Source: a virus. From it: a stretch of 64,000 nt of DNA. The stretch covers positions 3,705 through 67,704 of the IMG/VR virus record IMGVR_UViG_3300047510_002062; one strand, given 5' to 3'. The notes under the pieces are model-generated. The model searched no databases. It was not told the origin of the DNA and saw nothing but the letters and a program-made list of their open reading frames with translations. Of the stretch, positions 37,982 to 46,900 are shown one piece after another. Both the position numbers and the translations under genes were made by a program. Each line of letters opens with the position of its first letter. Position 1 is the stretch's first letter.

Positions 37982-40900
37982 TTACTGTCTTCTTAACATA
38001 TATGAGTTGTCTGGTGTTCTACTTGCTGAGTCTAAAGACACTCTGTTTCCAGGTTCTTTTATTTTAACTTCTCTAATGACTTCAATTTCTTGGAATATAA
38101 TCATAGGTACATCATTTTCTCTCTCATAGGAAGCAAATTCATCTACCTTTCTACTATTTATTGGTTGTGTTTTAAGATTCTCTCCAACCAATCCACCATC
38201 CTGCATTCCCACCCATTTTCTGGGGTCATACCAAGCTCTATTTGGTTTTGCCGATGCTTTTGGTTTTGCTGCTGGTGCCTTTGGTTTTGCTGCTGGTGCC
38301 TTTGGTTTTGCTGAGGTTGTTGGCATTGTTGCAGCAGATGCGGGAGCAGATCCAGTCAATATATTTAAAACAGTATTTCCAATTTTCCCAAAAGTATCTT
38401 TAACAGAACTGATCATTCCAGAATCTTTTGGTTTTGGATTCCATTTTTTACCATCCCAAACAACAGGTTTATTTGATATAACAGATTCTGTACCAATTGG
38501 TCTTTTTTTTGCAAGTTCTGCTTGTGCTTTTTGTTCCTCTCTTCTTTTTGCAGTTACTTTTGCACCTTCTCCACCCAATAATGAATTAACAAATTTATTA
38601 AAAATAGGTCCTGGATCACCACCATCAACTGCATTAACGTGGAAAGATACGTGATCATACACTCCACCTTGCATACTATCGCTGGATCCCGAAGCCCCTT
38701 GCCATCCCACAACTGTTCCTGGTGGAATTTTTTCACCATTTTTGAATTTTTTAAATGGTTTATTTCCATGTCCCATCATAACTTCAAACATTTTTCCACT
38801 TCTAGGATCCCTATAAAAATAAGATCCAACATTTCCAAATCCAGCAGAACCTTCTGCACCTTTATAAACTCTTCTTTGAGTACCATCGACATCTATAGAT
38901 TTTCTTCCAGCATTTCTTCCTCCAGGAATTTTATCCAAATATATTAATTCATATGGGAAAGAAATTTCTACACCTCTATTTCCGTATGGTCCTTCCTTTG
39001 CATTATCATTAAAACTTTTTCCAATTTCACCACGTCTTCCAAATAACTCAAGGTCAGCACCAGTATCTTGGCCATCAGTATTAGGAACACCCAATCTTCC
39101 ATACCTCTTATCTTTTGTTGATCCAGCAATTTGTTGGTCTTTTTCAACATCGCCCGGATCTCCACCAGATTCTATAGGTCTTTCTTTACTATCTTGTGGT
39201 TTTTCTTTTATTGCCTTATTTCTTGCTGCAAAATTTGCTGCTAAAGCATCAGTATATTTTGTTCCTTTTGTTCCAAATCCATCAGCACCAACCTGACCAG
39301 TCCTTATCCAGTTTTCCGCACCACCCATTCCTTGGTTATGGGCATATCCAAGAATTTGTAATTTTCTTTCAGGAGATGCCTTTGCATATGTTGGATTACG
39401 CATCAAATACTTATGATTTGCCATAGTAAATGCAGCAAACATTTGCTCTTGAAGTGCTGGATTTGATCTAAATGCAGATCTAGATGAAGAGTTGTGTCCA
39501 GGATCTGGTATTCCCAAAATTCTAGCCGCGTCAGTTTTTGCAGCTGCACCTAGTTGATATCTTCCATCATAATGGTCGCCGCTTCCTCCAGAAATATTAT
39601 ATGAACCTTTAGATTCTATATGTGCAATTGTGTTTCTGAAGATATCCCAATCTTCAGAACTAACTCCCATTTCTTCGTATAATTTATGATCCAATTTAAT
39701 AGCACCTTTTGCCATAGGGGCAGCAGGTCTAAAATCAGTTGGACCTCTAGATCTTTGACTTCCAGGAATTAATGGTTCTGTTGGTTCTGCCTCAACATCT
39801 ACTGGGCGATAACTACCACCAGATCCACCACCACCTGATGGAGAACTACCTCCTGCGCCACCACCTGATGGAGAACCACCCCCACCACCAGAAGAACCTC
39901 CCCTATAATCAGTCACGGATTCCATTGTAAAATCGGAAGACATTGTTGCTAAAGTATCTGCTCCAGAATCTTTATCCTCACCCTTATAATCAAAGTGTCC
40001 TCCATGAGATCCTGGATAGTCATTTACAACCCATCCATACTTTCTTCCTTTTTGTCTCATCCATGTTTGAGATGAACCATGAATATCTAAAGCATTACCA
40101 CCTAAGTGATTTGAATTTGGAACTCCACCAACTTTTCTATTATGAGATTCACTTCTCTTACCACTTGCAACGTCAGATCCTTTAACAACCCCCTTAGAAT
40201 CCTGGATCATTTCGCCAAATGCGGTTATTCCCCCCTTAGAAAGAATTAAAGGTCTTCCATTAGCATCAGTAACTCCTTTAATTGCGAATCCACTTCCAGT
40301 TTGAGGATGACTTGCTGGTGTTACTTGTACTCTTTGCTTCTTACCATTTTCTTTTTCTTCCTCATTTTGTTGAGATTCTTCAGTTTTTGTTTCTTGTTGT
40401 TTATTGAATTTTTCTAAATTTTCTGTAGTTTTTTGGGAAGAGTCCCTTATTTGAGTTGGAGATTTAGGATCTTCTTCTTTAGAATATTGATCTGTATTTG
40501 GTTGAACAAATGCTCTACCTTTAACAGATTCACTAATTCTGGAGATTAAATCTGGTGCCACTTTAGATAAAGTAACTTTATTTTCTATGGAGTTTAAACT
40601 TGCAAAAAAGTCAACTCCCAAAAGATTAACAGTATCTGCATCAATAACAAATTCATTTTTATGAATTTTTACCAAACCTTCTTTATTAACTAAACCGCCA
40701 TGGAATCTAGATTTAGTTTCAACATGTAAATGAGTTGGATGACTATATGCACCTGGACCACTTTTTTGACCATCTTTATAAAATCCCCAATTATCATGAA
40801 TCAACATTTTAACTGCAGGATTTTTTTGAAGAGCTGATGCAACTTGACCATATCTCCCAGGATATCCAGAAGTCCAATCTGTAACATCAATTGCTCTTCC

Positions 40901-43897
40901 TTCATAATGACCTCTACCACTATGAACATTGCTTACAAATCCTTTACCTGGGGTATATGATCCGCCAGATGGTACGGGATTTTTAGTAAAATCCGGATGC
41001 TCTGCAACAGCAAACTTTTGTGATACTAAGTTCTTGCCAATATCGACAATACTTCCTCCCGAACCAGAAACTTTATCTTTAGGTTTATTTTTATCATTAG
41101 GAGATGTAGATCTAGGATTTGGTCCTTTATATGATTCTTCTCTTTTTGCTTTTGATTCTTGAGCTTGTGCCGTTTGAGCCTGACCCAAATAACCTTTATA
41201 TTTTGCCTCCAAATCGGAATACTTTTTAACTGGTTGCCCATAAGCACTAACTCCATTCATATTTGGGAGAGATGCCCAAACACCAGAGATCTTTGCAATA
41301 AGTTGCCTATTAATAGGACCATTAATTTCTGCATCACTTAATTTTGCTTGACCTTTCATATATCCAGCAATAGCCATTTTATCCTGATTTTCAGGAGTAA
41401 ATAATGCTTTAGATGGATCCAATCCAGCTCTTGCAGCAAATACTTCTGGTGTCATCATTTGATATGCACCAACAGCAGCAGAAGTATATCTGCCATAAGT
41501 TGCTGCTCCAGATTTTAATCTTTTCTTTTGTTCAGCAACAACTTGATTGATAGTCATCTTGGAAAGATCCATATCGGTCCTTCCGCCAAACCAAGTGTTA
41601 TAACCTTGTGGTCCAGAAGTTCCTTCTGCCCATCTTATAGTATTAAGAAGTGCTTTTGCATTGGGAGTCAATCCACCCAATCCTCCACCTCCCCCACCGC
41701 CGCCTGATGGAGCACCGGATGGAGAACTTGTTCCTCCTCCAGATGGAGAATCATATCTTGGATCATATCCACTTCTTGCTTCAGGATCTCTATCTCTAAC
41801 ATCACCACCTCCATTAATCGATGCTAAATTGAATTCAAGATCCATTATTTTTTTTCTGATGTCTGTTATGGCATCATTAGAACCTTTTTCAATAGATAGT
41901 GCTACTACGTTTCTAAGTTCTTCTGTAGATTTTTCAGAGATGGCACCAATGACAGATTGAGTTGTTGGGATTCCACCAGAAGTAAATTTTTGTACTTCTT
42001 TTGCTTTATCTGATATATCAGTAATATTTTTTACATTAGATAAAGATTGTCCAATGTAAACTATCTTTTCTGCTAATCTATTATAAGAAGGTTTATCTGG
42101 TTTTTGACCCATTGCAATATCAACAGAAATACCCATCAATTCACCAACGAAAGGTATTTTCTTAAGTGTTTTTGAAGTTTCTTTTAAAGAATCTAATGCC
42201 AACCCAGAAACTTGTTGATTACTATTTTGATTACTATTTTGATTTTGAGACGTTGAAGAATCATCGTCACCACCTCCAAAAAGGGAAGACCACCAAGACT
42301 TTGATTTAGTTTCTTGCTTTTTATTTCCAGATTCATCTTGTCCCGAAGTTGGAAATAGTATGTTTATTTTTGCTGCACCACCAACATCTTTACCTTCTAC
42401 AGTGTCCTGTATTTTTCCTTTTTTGGGTGGATCTATTTTTTCGTTTTTAATTTCATCAACATTTCCTCCAAGTTCATATTTTCTAACAATTCCACCTCTA
42501 TAATTTCCTGGAATAGCAGGAGTTTGTGGCTGAGATACTTTGTCGGCACCAGTGACTTTATCTGCAATTTTACCTGCCGCCCAAGCACCGCCAGCAGCAC
42601 CTATAACCCCACCAAGAATGCCACCAATAAGAGTTCCTGGCCCAGGAAATATACTTCCAATTGCTGCGCCTATTGCGGCTCCACCTTTAGCACCAGCCCA
42701 TGCCCCACCAACACCAGCAGCAGTTCCAGCACCCGCTTGGAGATTATTTTGACCTGATGCCTTTCTCCCCATAAAATCAGTTGCTGCCGTAGCAATCAAT
42801 GCTATTGGTCCAGCAGCTTTTCCTAAAAATTTACCAGCACCAGATACTAATTTACCTCCACTTTTTCCAGCAACTTTTATTCCAATTCTAGTTAATGCTC
42901 TACCACCACCGCGAGCAAAAACTCCACCAGTTGCTTTATTTGCTAATCCTTTTACACCTTTAGTTACTCCCCTAACAAAATTACCACCCCTCTTTCCAGC
43001 AAGTTTTATTGCTGTCCTTTGAATTGCTCTACCAGTACCTCTTCTAAATACTCCCCCAGTCTTTTGTGCTGCTCTACCTGCAGCATCTTTAATCTTATCT
43101 TTTCCCTTTCCTTTTTTTAAAAAATCAAGAACATTAAATCCCGCATCACCAGCAAGCATTGCTGCAAGTAACGCAAGATCCATCATCATGTTAAATTTTT
43201 GAGTGAATTTTTGAATATCTTCTTCAGATCTTGCCCCGCTCACAATGGCAAGAGTTTTTGTAAGACCATTAACTAGTCTTATTCCACCAGATACGAATGT
43301 GGTTAATACATTTGCTACTCCACCAAAAAATTCTAAAATTACTGGGACTGCTTTGGAAACTTGCCCTATTACATTGCCAATGGCTGGTAAAAATGGAATT
43401 ATATTTTTATACAACCAATTCATGAAGTTCCAAAATATAAACCTCTTTATGAAATCAAAAACTCCAAACTGAGGAGTTTGTAATCCCATAAATTTAAAAC
43501 CTCTGGATCCTGAAGATGGTTTTTCACCTTTCAATCTTTTTTCTTTTTTAGAATATCTTCCCCTCTCTTCTTCTTTTCTTTTTTTATCTTCTTCATTTTT
43601 TTGAAAAACAAATGATTCTTTTAATACAGAATCTATTTTTATTACTTTCTGCTCAATAGATTTTACTAAGTTTAGTAAGGAATCATTACTCGTTGACTTT
43701 CCAAAAGAAATTGATTTTGATCTTACTGTTATTCCGCCCCCGGAAGATACTTGATTACTATATGGATTATTTTTTTTCTTTACCAGAGTATTACTTCCTT
43801 TAGATGAAGTAGCAGGAATAGTTTTATTATCCTGAGAGACAACAATTTGATTATTTTGCTTATTATCTGCACCAAGAAACTTAGTTAACGTTAACAT
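37982..43897 (-). CDS. Tape-measure-like virion protein with multiple peptidoglycan hydrolase domains, 1971 aa
   Basis: Lambda-type lysozyme motifs (ALLNTIRWAEGT, SAAVGAYQMM, WASLP); Zn-peptidase motifs (SNHLGGNALD..HGGHFD; GHYEGRAIDV..HPTHLHV); AHIESKGSY..GRYQLG; M23-like GH..GWQGASG..DHVSF; Gly/Ala zipper. Confidence 0.75.
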   Translation of the reverse strand: MLTLTKFLGADNKQNNQIVVSQDNKTIPATSSKGSNTLVKKKNNPYSNQVSSGGGITVRSKSISFGKSTSNDSLLNLVKSIEQKVIKIDSVLKESFVFQKNEEDKKRKEEERGRYSKKEKRLKGEKPSSGSRGFKFMGLQTPQFGVFDFIKRFIFWNFMNWLYKNIIPFLPAIGNVIGQVSKAVPVILEFFGGVANVLTTFVSGGIRLVNGLTKTLAIVSGARSEEDIQKFTQKFNMMMDLALLAAMLAGDAGFNVLDFLKKGKGKDKIKDAAGRAAQKTGGVFRRGTGRAIQRTAIKLAGKRGGNFVRGVTKGVKGLANKATGGVFARGGGRALTRIGIKVAGKSGGKLVSGAGKFLGKAAGPIALIATAATDFMGRKASGQNNLQAGAGTAAGVGGAWAGAKGGAAIGAAIGSIFPGPGTLIGGILGGVIGAAGGAWAAGKIADKVTGADKVSQPQTPAIPGNYRGGIVRKYELGGNVDEIKNEKIDPPKKGKIQDTVEGKDVGGAAKINILFPTSGQDESGNKKQETKSKSWWSSLFGGGDDDSSTSQNQNSNQNSNQQVSGLALDSLKETSKTLKKIPFVGELMGISVDIAMGQKPDKPSYNRLAEKIVYIGQSLSNVKNITDISDKAKEVQKFTSGGIPTTQSVIGAISEKSTEELRNVVALSIEKGSNDAITDIRKKIMDLEFNLASINGGGDVRDRDPEARSGYDPRYDSPSGGGTSSPSGAPSGGGGGGGGLGGLTPNAKALLNTIRWAEGTSGPQGYNTWFGGRTDMDLSKMTINQVVAEQKKRLKSGAATYGRYTSAAVGAYQMMTPEVFAARAGLDPSKALFTPENQDKMAIAGYMKGQAKLSDAEINGPINRQLIAKISGVWASLPNMNGVSAYGQPVKKYSDLEAKYKGYLGQAQTAQAQESKAKREESYKGPNPRSTSPNDKNKPKDKVSGSGGSIVDIGKNLVSQKFAVAEHPDFTKNPVPSGGSYTPGKGFVSNVHSGRGHYEGRAIDVTDWTSGYPGRYGQVASALQKNPAVKMLIHDNWGFYKDGQKSGPGAYSHPTHLHVETKSRFHGGLVNKEGLVKIHKNEFVIDADTVNLLGVDFFASLNSIENKVTLSKVAPDLISRISESVKGRAFVQPNTDQYSKEEDPKSPTQIRDSSQKTTENLEKFNKQQETKTEESQQNEEEKENGKKQRVQVTPASHPQTGSGFAIKGVTDANGRPLILSKGGITAFGEMIQDSKGVVKGSDVASGKRSESHNRKVGGVPNSNHLGGNALDIHGSSQTWMRQKGRKYGWVVNDYPGSHGGHFDYKGEDKDSGADTLATMSSDFTMESVTDYRGGSSGGGGGSPSGGGAGGSSPSGGGGSGGSYRPVDVEAEPTEPLIPGSQRSRGPTDFRPAAPMAKGAIKLDHKLYEEMGVSSEDWDIFRNTIAHIESKGSYNISGGSGDHYDGRYQLGAAAKTDAARILGIPDPGHNSSSRSAFRSNPALQEQMFAAFTMANHKYLMRNPTYAKASPERKLQILGYAHNQGMGGAENWIRTGQVGADGFGTKGTKYTDALAANFAARNKAIKEKPQDSKERPIESGGDPGDVEKDQQIAGSTKDKRYGRLGVPNTDGQDTGADLELFGRRGEIGKSFNDNAKEGPYGNRGVEISFPYELIYLDKIPGGRNAGRKSIDVDGTQRRVYKGAEGSAGFGNVGSYFYRDPRSGKMFEVMMGHGNKPFKKFKNGEKIPPGTVVGWQGASGSSDSMQGGVYDHVSFHVNAVDGGDPGPIFNKFVNSLLGGEGAKVTAKRREEQKAQAELAKKRPIGTESVISNKPVVWDGKKWNPKPKDSGMISSVKDTFGKIGNTVLNILTGSAPASAATMPTTSAKPKAPAAKPKAPAAKPKASAKPNRAWYDPRKWVGMQDGGLVGENLKTQPINSRKVDEFASYERENDVPMIIFQEIEVIREVKIKEPGNRVSLDSASRTPDNSYMLRRQ
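38258..38312. repeat. 21-nt tandem repeat (tttggttttgctgctggtgcc) encoding KPKAPAA
   Basis: Two full copies plus a partial copy visible. Confidence 0.8.
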
Positions 43898-43916
43898 TTT
43901 TCTTTACCTCCCTCTC

Positions 43917-46900
43917 TTAAAACGGTGAAACAATGCCATAAGTATCTTGAATGCGTTGCCTTTCAGTAACAGCACTAGGATTAGTGCAAAGTGGATCAAA
44001 CATAACTTCTTTCTGACCGGCTTTTTGCCCACCACCTCCAGAAGCATTTCCTCCAGATTTGATTGGTGGAAGTTTTACAATTCCACCTTTACCTTCAGAG
44101 GGTTTTTCGTATGGTTTGATTCTGTTACCTATAGTATTTAAAGTTTTTCCAAGTTTTGCTGGAGAAGAATTGCTATCTGTGGAACCAACTATACTATCAA
44201 AGAATACTTTTCCAAGTCTATCTACACTATCCTTTGGAATTACATATTCTCCAGGTTGTAATGCTGTAAATTGCCTATCAGCAGTTCCTCCTGGAATATC
44301 AACTCCAGAATTTTCCATTACTAATCCTTTAGTAAACAATGACGAGAAATTCATTCCTGTATTGAACCCTCTTAATCCATATGCTTCTCCAAGTCTACCT
44401 TGACGTTCCAATGAATTGGATCTCATTCCACGAAGTTGGTTTAGCCTATCGTCAATGGATTCTTTTTTATTAATATTCAAATTAAGATTTGGATTAAATG
44501 CAAGTGATGAATTATTCTTTATTTTACTTGAATCGAAATTGGATTTTATACTTGGAATATTCAATCCAAGATTTACATTGTATGGATTTACTTTATTTGA
44601 ATCCGCTTCCTTTAATTTATTTTGATTTAAATTAATATTTGGATTAAATTCTATAGCAGTATTGGATTTGTTCGATAACTGTGAAAAATTAACTCCTGAT
44701 CCAAATGCTCTTAGACCATATGCCTCCCCAAGTCTACCTTGACGTTCCAGTGAATTAGACCTCATTCCACGAAGTTGATTCAATGAATCATTGATAGATT
44801 CTTTTTTACTTGCATTTTTATTGTCATTTAAATTTATACTTGGATTAAATGCAACATTTGTGTCTATTGAACTTTTTGGTTTATTATTGAATAATGAGAT
44901 CCAATCTATCTGAGAATTAAATAACTTGGATGGACCCTCTTCTTTCGCTTTAATTGATGCTTCTACTACTCGCTTCTCAACTTCCTGAGGTGACAATCCC
45001 TCTAATCTTGCTCGTTCTCTTGCTGCTCTTGCTGCAGCATAAACATGAGGCATTGATGCGGCCGTTTTTGTTGGATCTAACGCAAATGAAGACTTTTTAT
45101 TACTACCGGTCAAATTGTTTAAATTAAATGCAAGATTGGTATTATTCTTAGATTTATTCAAATCATAAGTTGTAGTATTATTTAATGGTTTTATTCCAAC
45201 TCCTGTATTAACTGAACTACCAAATGATTTTTTTGAAATAGAAGAAAAATCTACTCCAGTCCCAAATCCTCTCAATCCATATGCTTCCCCAAGTCTACCC
45301 TGACGTTCTAATGAATTAGCTCTCATTCCACGAAGTTCATTTAGTGTATCAGAAATTGAAGATTTTTTCTTAGGATTTAAATTAACATTTGGATTAAATG
45401 CAAAAGATGTATTATTTTGGATTTTACTTGAATCAAAATTAGATTTTATGCTTGGAATATTCAATCCAAGATTGACTGGTTTTTTAAACACATCATTAGT
45501 CAATCCTTCTTTCACTGGAGATGAATTGCTATCTGTAGATCCAACAATATGATCAAAAAATCCCTTTCCAAGTCTATCTACACTATCCTTTGGAATTACA
45601 TATTCTCCAGGTTGTAATGCTGTCAGTTGCTTGTCAGCAGTGCCACCGGGAATATTCAATCCGGTATTCTCTTTTATAAGTCCACTTGGGAAAAATGAAG
45701 TCGATCTGGTTCCAATCTTTCTTGAAGTTTCTGTGACTCTTGGTCTTTTTGGTTTTCTTCCAAATAAATTAGAAAGAGGAGAAAATAAATTTCTTGCTCT
45801 TCCTCCTAATGAACGCATACCTTCACCAAGATTTCTGAATGGTTCGTTGAAATCTACATTTCTCTCTTGCAATGTTGGTATATTTACATCAATTCCGTAT
45901 CTATCCTTAAGATATCTATCTGGATTTTGAATATTTAATCTCCCTCCGCCAAAATTTACTAAACCACCATCTTGCAATCCTTGTACTCCGGTTTTTGATG
46001 AGAATTCTCCTTCATATTTTTGCTCTGCATATTTTTTTAAGGAAGGTATGGAAACATCAATGTCACCAGGATGAGATATTGGTTTTACATCGATTAAACT
46101 TCCGGCTAACTTAAGTTGTTTAGATTTTGTTCTTCCACTAGTGGCAGCAGATGCTGGTTGAGAAATCAAATTCAATAATCCATTAAATGCATTAGATGCA
46201 AATTTTTTAGCACCCTTTACAAGTCCCCCGCCCTGCTTTCCAATCCATCCTCTAGGATCAATCGCCCACCTTTTGGGAGAAGGTGGTGCTGGTTTTGATC
46301 CTGCAGGTCTTGATGCTGGTTTTGATCCTGCGGATGCTGGAGGAGCAAAGAAATTTCCAATAGATGACATTGCCCTTGAGGCAATATTCATAATTGGATT
46401 TCCCTGTGCTGGTTTTGATGTTGGTTTTGGTGCTGCTGGACCAAACCCAGTTCCATAATTTACTCCACCAGATAATCCCTGGATTCTTCTTAAATTATCC
46501 TGAGTTTCTGCAAGATGATTATATCCACCATTGATATTGTATGTAAATGCCTCACTATCACCTCGCTTTGCCATATCAGCAAAACTTACACCAAATGTTT
46601 TCTCTCTATCTTCAAGATAATATATTGTTGAAAGTGCTTGAACTCTAGGATCAGTTGCTAAAAGATCTGGATTTTTTACTACATCTATTCCCTTATATCC
46701 ATTTTTTGCCAACCATTTATTCAATCCCTCATAATGAGTTCTTCCGGTTAATTGAATTGCTCCCCTTCCACGGAAATTATATCCATCATCAAATCCTTTA
46801 TTACCTAAATCTTTTCTATTTCCATAACCTTCTCCAAAATAATAATATCCCTCCTTCCCCTTCGGATCTCTTGAATCCGAATTATACATTTCTTTCGCTC

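Noticed and set aside
44161-45660. Possible DGR template/variable repeat pair or CRISPR array
   Set aside because: No reverse transcriptase in the window. Mismatches are not confined to adenines, and the repeats are in-frame coding with irregular spacing.
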